The translations under genes and the position numbers were made by a program. DNA of 64,000 nt, taken from NCBI RefSeq assembly GCF_006345805.1, contig NC_043004.1:37882001-37946000 (forward strand), written 5' to 3'. Positions 48,841-61,375 of the stretch are shown here, one piece after another. Source of the DNA: Octopus sinensis. Its lineage: Eukaryota. The notes beneath the pieces are model-generated. The model saw nothing but the letters and a program-made list of their open reading frames with translations. It had not been told where the DNA came from and did not search any database. Position 1 is the stretch's first letter. Each line of letters starts with the position of its first letter.

Positions 48841-49051
48841 TCCGGCACTAGTCGCCATGATAGATCGTTAGTCACTACACACATTTTTTTTTCTCTTTGT
48901 TTCTCTCCTTGTTTTTTCTGTGTCCCTTTCTGTAGAAGAGCGTAGGCTCGAAATGTAAAATACTTTTTCTATTTCTGAGCGTTATACTAATACATATGTT
49001 TGTTTTGTACACCACCTGTCTTCGTCTTTTGTTTTTTTCGTAAACTCTCCC
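48841..49051 (+). mobile_element. Penelope-like remnant, second copy of the 32329-32538 family
   Basis: Collinear similarity including ctgtagaagagcgtaggctcgaaatgtaaaa. Confidence 0.6.
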
Positions 49052-49190
49052 TATATATATATGTATCTATGTATATCTATATATGTATGTATATATATAT
49101 ATATATGTATTTATATAAGTATTCAAACGTGTGTGTATTTTTTATTTATTCTATATTTACATTTATTTATAACTTAACATTATGTACTTT

Positions 49191-49319
49191 ATAATCTCTG
49201 ACGAAGCCTAGAGATATACCCAAGTACCTCATTTTCATCTACCTGTTACTTCACTCCACTTGAGTAATAAAGGTAGAACGTGGTATTTCTACCTCTTGGC
49301 TGAAACAGCTGTAAGTTAT
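49191..49319 (+). ncRNA. Candidate type I hammerhead ribozyme (PLE-type, palindromic stem III)
   Basis: CUGACGA 49198-49204; stem II AGCC...GGCU (49205-49208 / 49298-49301); GAA 49302-49304; stem III ACAGCUGU 49305-49312; H17 = A49313; stem I ataa(t)ct / agttat. Confidence 0.6.
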
Positions 49320-49524
49320 TTTCCCAATTTATATTCATGTTATTTATAATAATTACTGGTATCCTTATATATTAATATATTTTATATCTTATGTGTAAAG
49401 CATAATATGTTATATGTATGTATATTATTGTAATTATCAGTTTAGTAAATATATAAGTTAACATAACATAATGTCTAAAAGTTGACGAACCACCTATTGA
49501 TCCCCTCCATTTTCTTATTGGTAT

Positions 49525-49611
<87 letters not shown>

Positions 49612-49909
49612 ATATTTGGGAATAAATTGATAACCGGCGTTGGTTTGTTTACGTACCCGTAATATAGCAAAAGAGACTTCGCCTTTCACTCTCTCGGAGT
49701 CGATAAAATCAGTGCCTGTTGAGCACAAGATGCGATATAACCGACTGATCTCCTTTCCTAGAATTGCTTTCTGCCAAACTTTGAAACTATTTGCTGACGC
49801 TTCATAAATTTACAGCAGTATTGTACCTACATACAGTGAGATTGGCTGGACAACGGGGAGTTAAATGTTCAGGCCAGATGAAGCAGATACATGATGAAAG
49901 ACGTTCCAA

Positions 49910-50343
49910 GGATCTTTTCGGTTTGAACGGCAGTTTTTTCTAGCGGTGTCATATGAAATTGTCACCCATAATTATGACCCTAGTATCGATCTATTGCATT
50001 TCAATCTCTTTTAGGGTTAGGTTTAGTTAGGGTTAGGGTTAGGGGTGGGGGGAAGGGTATCTTTTTTTCTTCACATATGTAAATAAACCCAATCTGTTTC
50101 TTAAACGAGGGACATATTCATACTGCACAGAATGTTTTTTTACCTCAATAGACGTCACTGATTGGTTGAAATTGCAGAAATTGAAGAAAAAAACCAACAA
50201 ATATCTTACAAACGATAGAATTTTCTCAATAAAGCCAAGAGAAAAAGATGTTTTATAAACACATTCTACCAGTATACGAAGTTCAAAATTTTTTAGTTAC
50301 CTAGAAATTATGTTAAAAACTGCCGTTCAAACCGAAAAGATCC
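49910..50343. mobile_element. Family M MITE copy 2 with a TTAGGG tract
   Basis: Same TIRs as 8390-8798; ttagggttaggtttagttagggttagggttaggggtgggggg at ~50011-50052. Confidence 0.88.
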
Positions 50344-50677
50344 CAATCCCTTCTTTTTTTCTTTGTCAATCATTAACATTATCCAATGATTTCAGAAAGA
50401 TGTGGCTACTATTTCTAGTAGATCTAATGACTGTATTGACGCAACCCTTGTTTCCTGGCTCATTACTTGTGTAAATAACTCATGTGTGAAATATAGAAAC
50501 GACAGAAGTTAGCAGAGGTGTGTGCTTGTGTGTTTCTGTATGAATGTGTGTATGTGTGTGTGTGTGTGTGTGTACGCGCGTGTGTGTATGTAGGTGTGTG
50601 TGTTGCCGTGCTTCGCATTCGAGACAAACATCATTGTCAATTGTTATTCCCACACAAATGTCTTTGGGGTTATTTAG

Positions 50678-50719
<42 letters not shown>

Positions 50720-51367
50720 CACACATACATGCACACGCACATACACTCTCGCTCTCTTTCTCCTCATTCTATTACACTTCATATTGACATACCTAACTTT
50801 CACTGAAGCTCGAACGCAAAACCTTCGACCTAACTTACCAATTAATTGTTGTTATCTTTTTTTGGTTTTTGGTTTTCCATTTCTGTTTTCGTTTGTGTTA
50901 GTCCGTACCATTTTGAAAGGGCAATGGTAGGCTTGATGAGCTGAAGAGATTTTTTGATAACAGAGTAAGTAGTATATTATTGAAAGCTAAAATAGTCGGA
51001 GGGGTTTGGGGAGGAAATATGAAAGGAATACATAAACAAAAAACAAAAAACAAAATAACACACACGAACAGAAATACCTGTTACTCCCAGACAAACATAA
51101 CAGCAAAAACAACAGATTAAAGGCGCAAAGAAAATGAAGAAAACAAAAATAATAATAAAAAAAAAATATGAAAAGGAAAACAATGTCGGTGGTGTTGGTA
51201 GGGAAGTGAATGGAATGAAAAGATGAAAGTGAAGTCATGAGTATATGGTTAAGAAGATGGCTTTGCAACCACTTGGTTTCGGGTTCTGTCCCACAGCGCA
51301 GCGAAAGCTTTACTTTGAAAGTGAATTTTGTAGATGAAAACAGCTGTGTGGAAGCCCATTCTCTCTT

Positions 51368-51420
<53 letters not shown>

Positions 51421-51874
51421 GGAATATTGTTTCGTTATTGGTGATTTTAGTAAAAAAAAAAAACCCAAAAAACTGAAAAGAAATCTAAAGACCACATTTT
51501 GATATAAATATAATGAAATTATAATTTTAAAGAATTTTCTACATAATTGGGAATTTAACAATTTTGGTGAAAATTTCATAATTCCAACTGTTAATAGGCA
51601 GTATTCATCATTATAAATGTAGATATACGGCGAGCTCTTTTCAGTTTCCGTCTACCAAGTCCTCATAAACCTATGGTCGGCCCGAGGCTATAACAGAAGA
51701 TCAATTGCCCAAAGTGTCACACTGACGTTGAACCCTAAACCATGTGGCTGGTAAGCAAACTTCCAAGTACCCAGCCACTGCACCTATTCGTTGAGTAGAT
51801 ATTCTTTTATTCTTTTAATCTTTTATAGGCTGTGACCATGCTGGAACATATATATATATATACACATATATATA

Positions 51875-52460
51875 CGAAGGTAATCCCAAAAGTAAGATCT
51901 CCAAAAATATTTAGAAATCACAGAAACGTTTGCCAATGATGTCTACATCATTTTAAAGCTGGAACAATTATCTATTTTTCTACATAATCGCCACTTCGGT
52001 CGATACATTTTTGCAGGTGCTGTGGCAGATTTTTGTATGCCCATGTCATATCAGCTCACCGCTATATCGTTGAGGAAGCGTTGAACCTCATCTTTCACAT
52101 CGTCGTCGTTGTTGAAGCGCGTTCCGGCCAAATGTTCTTTCAACTTAGGGAACAGGTGGTAGTCACTAGGTGCCAAGTACCGGACTATAAAGAGGGTAGG
52201 TGATGATGTCCCATCCAAAGAAATTCTTGGGAAGAGTCAACTCGTTGCCGTTTATGGTCTTCTGTGAGCATTCACGGGACCCATCTTGCGCACACCTTCC
52301 GCTATTACAACTTTTCACACAAAATAGTGCTTCGGGAAACCTCAGGAACCAAAAATGAGGAGATCATCCAAAGAAACCCACCGATTTTCACGCAGCATTT
52401 GCTCAACCTTCGCGACTATATTGTCGAAAATTGATGGTCGCCCGCTGAAGATTGGAGGAA
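51875..52460 (-). mobile_element. Internally deleted mariner (irritans-like)
   Basis: N-terminal KVCARWVP.MLTEDHKRQRVDSSQEFL is fused directly to C-terminal GWDII...SDYHLFPKLKEHLAGTRF; TIR cgaaggtaatcccaaaagtaag with a TA flank. Confidence 0.8.
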
Positions 52461-52726
52461 TAGCCTTCTAGCTGTTTGAGTGCATATGTTTAAGATGGAT
52501 AAGTAACGTTTGTCGCCACTTCAACATGGCTGTTCCGTTCGAGCGGAATTTACTGCGATTTTTTAACCCCAAGAGGACTTTTCCTCTAACTGGTTAACGA
52601 TGTATACTTACATCCGATATATGGTACATGTTAAAGTGGCGACAAACATTACTTGCCAGTACAGTTACTGTGTTCATCTCTTACTGAGATTTTATAACCA
52701 GCTATTTGCTTATGTATATATAACTT

Positions 52727-53094
52727 GACTCCATCGGTCACGAATGACCACGGGTGCACCAAAGAGGTTCCCCATCCGGGGTACAAGCCTGGGCGGAAAG
52801 CCACCTCACCGGCGAACGAACAACCTAGGGTTGTTTTTATGGAAGACCAGCAGTCGCCCATGCATACCAGCCTCCACCTCTCCACGCCACCAGTGTTATC
52901 CAAGGGAAAGGCAACGGAGCCGATACAGCTTGGCACCAGTGACGTCGCAACTCATTTCTACAGCTGAGTGAACTGGAGCAACGTGAAATAAAGTGTCTTG
53001 CTTAAGAACACAACACGCAGCCCGGTCCCGGAATCGAACTCACAACCTCACGATCGTAAGCTCGACGCTCTAACTACTGAGCCATGCGCCTTCA
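52727..53094 (-). mobile_element. tRNA-headed CORE-type SINE
   Basis: Head tgaaggcgcatggctcagtagttagagc...gagttcgattcc; cttaagcaagacactttatttcacgttgctccagttcactcagctgtagaaatgag resembles the MIR/CORE domain. Confidence 0.75.
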
Positions 53095-53480
53095 TACACA
53101 TGTGTATTTGTGTGTGTGTGTGCGCGCGCGTGCGTAATATATATATAATGTATGTATGTATGTATGTATGTATGTATGTATGTATGTATGTATGTATGTA
53201 CGCGAGTGTATATTTACGAACTAACGTGCGAGTAGGTAATTCATTCAAGCACATTACACTTCTGGAATGTTCTCAATGTTAGACTTTCGTAGACCTTTAA
53301 ACATAATTTTTTTTTGCTCCTTTATTTGCGATGACCCTACCGCTCTGATCCGATGAGAGGGTCACAAATGTTGGCAGTCGTAATGATAGTGTTGATGGTG
53401 ATGATGATGATGATGATGACAATGATGATGATGGTGATGCTGATGATGATGCTAGTGGTGGTGGTGGTGGTGGTGGTGGT

Positions 53481-54178
53481 GATGATGACTGTTGTGGTGC
53501 TACTGTTTAACATCAGGTTACCTCAGCGCTGGTTGAACAGACCTATGTTCAAGTGCATTCCAGCCGTGACCATTTCGTCTTTTCCAGACTCAGCGTGTGG
53601 GATTATATTTTCCAGTGCCCTTTAAAGATGGTAGAACGTGGTTACTGAGTGATGCAGCAACAATTTCTTGCAGATGAGCAACCATGTGAAGGCTGCCTCA
53701 TTGACCTGTGGTGTTGGTGGTGATGGTGGTAGTGGTGGTGATGACAGTGATGGTGGTGGCAGTGATGGTAGTGGTGATGGTGGTGGCAGTGATAGTGGAG
53801 GAAATGATGGTGGTGGTGGTGGTGGTGGTGATGATGACTGTTGTGGTGCTACTGTTTAACATCAGGTTACCTCAGCGCTGGTTGAACAGACCTATGTTCA
53901 AGTGCATTCCAGCCGTGACCATTTCGTCTTTTCCAGACTCAGCGTGTGGGATTATATTTTCCAGTGCCCTTTAAAGATGGTAGAACGTGGTTACTGAGTG
54001 ATGCAGCAACAATTTCTTGCAGATGAGCAACCATGTGAAGGCTGCCTCATTGACCTGTGGTGTTGGTGGTGATGGTGGTAGTGGTGGTGATGACAGTGAT
54101 GGTGGTGGCAGTGATGGTAGTGGTGATGGTGGTGGCAGTGATAGTGGAGGAAATGATGGTGGTGGTGGTGGTGATGAT
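53481..54178. repeat. 349-bp tandem duplication, apparently identical
   Basis: Copies at 53481-53829 and 53830-54178; the ORF track shows the same peptides offset by 349. Confidence 0.92.
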
Positions 54179-54600
54179 GATGACAGTGATGGTGGTGATG
54201 GTGGTGGTGGTGATGACAGTGATGGTGGTGGCAGTGATAGTAGTGGTGATGGTAGTGGCAGTGATGGTGGTGGTGGTGATGACAGTGATTGTGGTGGCAG
54301 TGATGGTGGTGGTGGTGATGACAGTGATGGTGGTGGCAGTGATGGTGATGACAGTGATGGTGATGACAGTGATGGTGGTGGCAGTGATAGTAGTGGTGAT
54401 GGTAGTGGTAGTGATGGTGGTGATGGTGGTGGTGGTGATGACAGTGATGGTGGTGGCAGTGATGGTAGTGATGATAGTGATGGTGGTGGCAGTGATGGTA
54501 GTGGTGATGGGGGAGGAAATGATGATGATGGTGGTGGTGATGATGATGACAGTGATGGTGGTGGCAGTGATATGGTGAGGAGGATGATGGTAATGGTGAT
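54179..54600. repeat. Degenerate GGT/GAT/AGT trinucleotide minisatellite
   Basis: Modules ggtggtggtgatgacagtgat and ggtggtggcagtgat. Confidence 0.88.
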
Positions 54601-55009
54601 GTTGGCAGCAGTAATGGGGTTGTGGATGGTGTTGGTAAAGGTAGTATTGTTGCGTAGTAGTAGGTCAGTTCTGATCGAACAGTCGTATGATCAAAGGTAT
54701 TCTAACCGTGGCCATCCTGTCTTTTTTCCTATTTGCAGCGAATAATGAACCACATTATTCAATGAGTCCTTTTTAAAGGAAATAAGACATGATTTGGGGA
54801 AGATTTGGTAGCTATTTCTAGCAAATAGAACGACTTCATAAATGCTCCGTTTCTGTCGCGTGGTGGTGTTGGTGGCAATGGTAGTGGTAATGATGATGAT
54901 GCTGATGGTGATGTTATTGTTGTTGAGTTCCAAATCAGCTCTTCTCGAGTCAGCTTAAGATGTAAGGCACTCCGATCGTGGCCAGCCCATCTATCAGATA
55001 TCTTGGTAT

Positions 55010-55227
55010 TCTTTTATTCTTTTATTCTTTCAGTCATTTGACAGCGGCCATGCTGGAGCACCACCTTAAAGGGTTTTAGTCGAGCAAATCGACCACAGGA
55101 CTAATTCTTTGTAAGCTTATTACTTATTCTATCGGCTTTTTTTGCCGAACCGCTAAGTTACGGGGACATAAACACACCAACGTTGCTTGTCAAGCGATGG
55201 TTGAGGGACAAATTCAGTCACAACACA

Positions 55228-55230
<3 letters not shown>
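55010..55230 (-). mobile_element. Family A SINE 3' half
   Basis: cagtcatttgacagcggccatgctggagcacc...aagcgatggttgagggacaaa. Confidence 0.85.
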
Positions 55231-55260
<30 letters not shown>

Positions 55261-56117
55261 ACACGCACACACACACACACACACAACACATATATACGAG
55301 CAAAACGCCCCCCCCGTCCAATGGACGGTGCTGAGTTGTCAAACATTTAAACCAAATTTTCTCAAAACAACTTGTCCGACCGTCCCATAGGCCTCTTCTT
55401 TGAGAAACACTGATTTAAACCTAAATTTGAGACACCAGCAAAAGAAGAAATAAAGATAGACTTTTTTTCTATTCCAAAGAAAAACGATTTTATTCACACA
55501 AATATGCAACCGAAGAGTTTAAAGTACCAGTAATGATAAGGCTGTTGACTGGGAGAACACAAGCATGGTTTAAACAGTAAGCTTGGCAGGAAAGAAACGT
55601 GCCTTTAAGCAGTCCAAAAACAACAAAAAATGGAAGGTGCAGTTATGTACAGGTTGACGGAAGAAAAGCAGGATAAAAACGATGCATGCAAATGTGTTAG
55701 CTGGAGGTAAATCTAGGTGGAAAAGTATGATGAATTTATGAGAACGTACCTGGGATAATAATAAGTTTATCCGATAAAACATGTAAGAAATCAACTTGGG
55801 GCGATTTTTGATGAAAAGCTACAACCTAGGGAACTAAGTAACTAAATTTAAGCTAACTTACTCTACGGGATGTTCAAGGGCATGGAAAAGCTAGTGGAGT
55901 GCAGCCTTGTAAACCACATTCCTTGTTACTCCGCCTGGAGCGTAGTAGAAAAAGTTTGTCGAACAGCCAACCCTCGAACAGCCCACATACAGTTGTCCGT
56001 GCGAAAAGCAGGGACTGTTGAGGTCCAAACCCACGACTTTCAATGACTGCCACTGTACGAGGATCAAATGTAAAACATTCTGGTGCTCTCAGCAGAAAGT
56101 AAAATCGACTCCCAAAT

Positions 56118-56728
56118 AGGGAAATTTGTACACGCAAAAGTAAACGGATTAGATATTAAATTACAACTGGATACTGGTAGTGACATTTCAATCATTAACA
56201 CCGACACGTAGAAGAAAATAGGGAAATCTATGTTAAGAAAAATAGCGAAAACTGCACGCGGCGTGACGGGTGACAAACTATACCTTGTAGGGGAAATGTG
56301 GAATGATGTTACATTTCGAGGAAAAACTTGCAAGGCGAAAGTTTTCGTCGTAAATAACGCGACAAATCTGTTTGATACCGGAGTTATTTGATTAATGGAA
56401 TCTCCCAATAAGCCGGTACTGTAAAAAATTAAATGGCTGCCCCACAGTGAAAAGAACCCAGCATCTGAAATGAAAAAGAAACATAATTAAAAACGTTATG
56501 TTTCAGTGACAGCGCATGATATATAAATGAAATCCGCAGAATGAAAGAAATGTTGAAAAATGTGCAAAATAAAAATACGAATTCGTATAATTTTTCACTA
56601 TGCGACGATGTTTTAATGTATGCGCAAAGAGGGTAGTACCAACTGCACTACAGAGACGAGTATTGCAGGATTCCACAGTGGACACCCGGGAATGTCGAGA
56701 ATGAAAGCCTTTATGAGGAATATATGGC
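56118..56728 (+). mobile_element. Gypsy/Ty3 LTR-retrotransposon relic (protease and integrase N-terminal zinc-binding region)
   Basis: KVNGLDIKLQLDTGSDISIINTDT (aspartic protease DTG motif) and, ~200 bp later, FSLCDDVLMY...VLQ.FHSGHPGMSRMKAFMR; RT and RNase H absent. Confidence 0.8.
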
Positions 56729-58920
56729 TTTACTGTAATATGATATTGCTATGATATAGCCTTACTGTGAAATAATATGGCATTTCTCTGCAATGATATG
56801 ATGCGGTATTGTTTTGTAACAACATGATATAGCCTTATTACGATATGACCTTGTGTAATGATATGATATTCCTTGTATGTAATGTCACTAGTTTGCAATT
56901 AATTTGTTGCTTAATTATCAAAATGCTGGGAACCCTATTTCAGTTATTCTCTTTGCTATGAATTTTCAACAGAAATAGTTTTAATGGTCCATATCATCAA
57001 ACTGTCAATAGTAACATATGGGTATTTTCGAGTCCAAGAGACGAAGAACATCATTTCCTTTGAGCGTGTTTGGCTATTTCCACACGTTAGATTTTGTCCG
57101 ACACATACTGGTAAATCATTGTCCTCCTCTACAATGCTGTACAAATGATATGATAATGGTCATGCTTTAAAATTATATGAGACGACTTTGCGATCATATT
57201 ATCTTGTGTTAAGCAATAATAGTTCTTATGCATGAGCTATGTATCTCAATTCTGTAATAATGTCATACTCCTGGAAATTCTGGAAAATGTAAGAACAGCC
57301 AATGCTAATAACAGCATTATTAAACTCTTCATTTTGGTCTGCTTATCACAATCGTTGTCATTTATTCGGAATATATATCCTGTTATTATCCAATTTCTTT
57401 ATCTTCTTTACACTTTTCTGTAGCTTCAGAATGCAGCTCTCCATCTCAATAATATGTCGTCTTTGCCCTCTGGTCAAGATATACATTAATGGTAGCTTTG
57501 CAGGTTCCTTAGAGTGCCAGGTAATATATTATATTATGTGTAATAACGTTCCTCTGAGTTCGAATCCAGCTGGGGTAAATTTTGTTCTTATATTACCAGG
57601 TCCGACAAGACGACTACATTTAAATGTCTGTACACTTTCTCTCCCTCAAATCTTGTGGCATTGCATCTACGTTAGAAATCATTATTATTGTCATTGTAAT
57701 GCACATCTAATAAGGCACCCTTATGGCAAATAAATTTATAATTTGTTTTATTATTAGACGTTGGAGACGCACAAACATTTCGGCAGCAAAATGACATGTA
57801 ATAATTAAAAATTCTTTTACGAGTTTCGAGTTTGAGCGCTGTCATTTATAATTAAATATAAACATTGAGTATGAATTTATTTGCCTACAACCCATCGCTA
57901 AATTTCATAGGTTTGTGACAAACTTAGATATCGTTATTACTATTATGAAACCAACACGAAACACCACCATCGTTATTACAACTACAGTTACTATTACGAC
58001 TACTATAGCTGCTGTAATAGTTGCCATTCCAATCCAGCTTTGATCGACCACATCTCTTATGGTCAAAAGTATTTCAGCTACCTAGTATTTTTAGGTTCTA
58101 TTCAGGACAATGTTTAATGTATCCTTTTTTCTAAGATGATAAAGTGCAATTTGAGAAAGATTTAATTGCAATGTCCAATAGATCCCATGACAGCAAATAA
58201 ATCCATTTATCGATAAATTTGTTGTCATTGTTGTAGCTATTGCTGTTATTGATAATATCGCCTAGTCTCAGGTTAGCCATCATTGGCTAACCCGAGTCAA
58301 AGAACAGATCTACGACCCAGAGCATTCCAGCTGTGAGCACCCTGTTCATTTAATGCTATTTCTTTACTCAAAATACTAAGATAAGATCTGAGATTTGATT
58401 TGGCTGCTACTTCTTGGTGGTTGACTGCCTTTGTTGTTGGTTTTGGCTTTGGTGGCAGTGGTAGTTGTGGTGGCCGTCATTGTGTAATTATTAGCGGTGC
58501 TTGTGTTCATGTTGTTGCTCTCATTGTTAGATTGTTTTATGAGAGCTGTCGCACACCGCTAACATTGAAATATCTAATAGATTACCAATAAAAAAACAAA
58601 AAAAACATACACACATAATTCCACCTTTAACATAACATTTCAGAGTGGAGGTAACACTGGTACTGTTGTCGGTAGGCAATATGAAACGTATTGTTATTAA
58701 CCCTGCATCTGGGGCCTCGTCAAAGGGCATTTAATTACAATTAGCTTTATCTAGGTCTGGGTATTTTGTTGAGAGAGGGTGGTGAGGAAGAGGGGAGATG
58801 ACAAAGACGTTAGTGTATCGGCCATATTATTTCTTATTTCTAGAGAGTAATATGACAAGGCTAATGATGATAGATAAGGCATTTACAGTTACCATTTGAT
58901 ACACATACATACATGCATAA

Positions 58921-58974
<54 letters not shown>

Positions 58975-59839
58975 TTAAATTGTTTCAGCTTCAAAGCTGC
59001 GGTCATGCTGGGGCACACACACACAAACATATACACATATACGTATGTATGTATGTATGTATGTATGTATGTATGTATGTATGCATGTATGTATGTATGT
59101 ATGTATGTAATATATATATATATATATTATATATATATATATATCTACATATAGGTTTACAATATATAAATGAGCGAGTTTATATATTATAAACTTATAT
59201 ATATTTATAAATATGTGTGTGTGTGTGTGTGTGTGTTTGTGGATGTGTATGCATGTATATATATCAATGTACATAAGCACAACATACACACAAATACGCA
59301 TAAACACACACACAAACACACACACACAAACACACACAAACACACACACACACACAAACACACACACATATTTAAATGTAGCAATGTGAAAGCTGTGTCC
59401 ACCTGTTAATAATACCACATGGATTTAGTTCTATTTTATTTCCTTTGTACGTCTATATACCTACCAACATATATATTTACATGCATTGTTACATACATGC
59501 ATACAGACACGCATATATGTATACAGACAGCTGTACGACTGAAAAAATAGAACGTAAATCTTATGATAAAAGTTGTCTTAGCTTCTCGTTACTCCTAGTT
59601 TCAGAGGTAAGTGAGTGAAGAATAACTCCTAAGAGAGGTTATTGTTGGCCTTACATTGGTGGTCGTTTCAAGTAACGTAAATTTATTGCCAGAACTGCTT
59701 CAACTGATAATCCTTTTTATGATTCCACGTGGTGTAGGGGACATTCGAGTGGCGCCTGCTGTTTACAGTCTAGGGATTAAACAATTTAAGGACGTCAGAT
59801 AGGGATAAGGGGAAATATATATATATATATATATATATA

Positions 59840-60277
59840 GGATCTTTTCGGTTTGAACGGCAGTTTTTTTCTAGCGGTGTCATATGAAATTGTCAACCAT
59901 AATTATAACCCTAGTATCGATCTATTGCATTTCAATCTCTTTTAGGGTTAGGTTTAGTTAGGGTTAGGGTTAGGGGTGGGGGGAAGGGTATTTTTTTCTT
60001 CACAAATGTAAATAAACCCAATCTGTTTCTTAAACGAGGGACATATTCATACGACACAGAATGTTTTTTTTTTACCTCAATGGACGTCAGCAATTGGTTG
60101 AAATTGCAGAAATTGAAGAAAAAAACAACAACAAATATCTTACAAACTATAGAATTTTCTCAATAAAGCCAAGAGAAAAAGATGTTTTATAAGCACATTC
60201 TACCAGTATACGAAGTTTAAAATTTTTTAGTTACTCAGAAATTATGTTAAAAACTGCCGTTCAAACCGAAAAGATCC
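59840..60277. mobile_element. Family M MITE copy 3 with a TTAGGG tract
   Basis: Same TIRs and interior as copy 2. Confidence 0.88.
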
Positions 60278-61083
60278 AGGCTCACTGCTAGGAGAGAAGT
60301 TGAAAGGTATATCTAGAGAAACTACAACGTAGTCAAAGTTAACTTGTGAAACGCGAGAAAAGACAGCCGTGATCTGATAAGAGACAAAAGATCAAAGAGG
60401 AAAGGATTATGGTTTTCTCTGATTACTTTGAATTAAATAAATATTAAATTTCAATTATATGAAATTCAGGTACCTATAAATTAGTATAAATGATACAGTT
60501 CATTAATATTGTATTGTACAAGGAACTAATATATGTGCAGTAAACTAGTCTGGTGGCCACGGGAATTTGAAGTTCATGCTCGTTAATTAATGCGGATCAT
60601 GAGAGGTTCCGGACCATCAGTCTTCGGAAAGTCACTGTTGTACCTGAACCAATCAAAAACCTAAAACCTTTGATAGCAAACGAGTAAATTAATTTCTTTT
60701 TTCGTTTAAAATTTTGATTTTACGGCCAGAAATTTTAGTGGGGGGTATAATTGATAACATCGCTCCCAGATCTTGACTAGTGCTTTATTTTATCGACGGT
60801 GAAAGCATGAAAGGCAAAACTGACCTCAGCGAGTTTTAAACCCAGAATGCAATAAAACTCCAGAAGAAATAACATTAAATAGTTTGTCTGAGGCGCTCAT
60901 GACTGCCAACTCGCCAAAAGTATATATGTCTGTTTGTATATGCGTTCAAACAACATTTGCAACAAACCATTAGTAACTCTGAGCATAGCTATGTGATTCG
61001 GAAATTCAGTTCGCAACAATGCGGTTTCGTGTTCGATTACGATGTGAATTGCACCATAGCATCAGGATAATTAAAGCATTGTA

Positions 61084-61375
61084 TGTTCCTTCTCGAGCCA
61101 TGCCTGGCTCATTAGAGCCGCTTTCCCAGTTTCCTTGGTGTATAGGTTCCCCACCTGGACGGGACGCCGGTCCGTCGCAGATGAGCTGCAAGATGCAGGA
61201 GGAAAGAGTGAGAGAAAGTTGTGGCGAAAGAGTCAGCAGAAGGTTCGCCATTACCTTCTGCCGGGGCCGCGCGGAGCTCAGGTGTTTCGCTCATAAACAC
61301 ACGCATCGCCCTATCTGAGATTTGAACCCGCGATCCCTCGACCGCTGCTCTAACCACTAGGCCATGTGCCTCCAC
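61084..61375 (-). mobile_element. Family E SINE
   Basis: Collinear with 12571-12844. Confidence 0.85.

Noticed and set aside
50011-50052. Interstitial telomere as a chromosome-fusion scar
   Set aside because: The tract is short, sits at the same position inside several MITE copies and has no head-to-head array.
54017-54745. 242-aa Gly/Asp/Ser ORF and 173-aa Met/Val ORF as genes
   Set aside because: Two frames are open simply because the GGT/GAT/AGT repeat lacks stops in them; no non-repetitive coding context.
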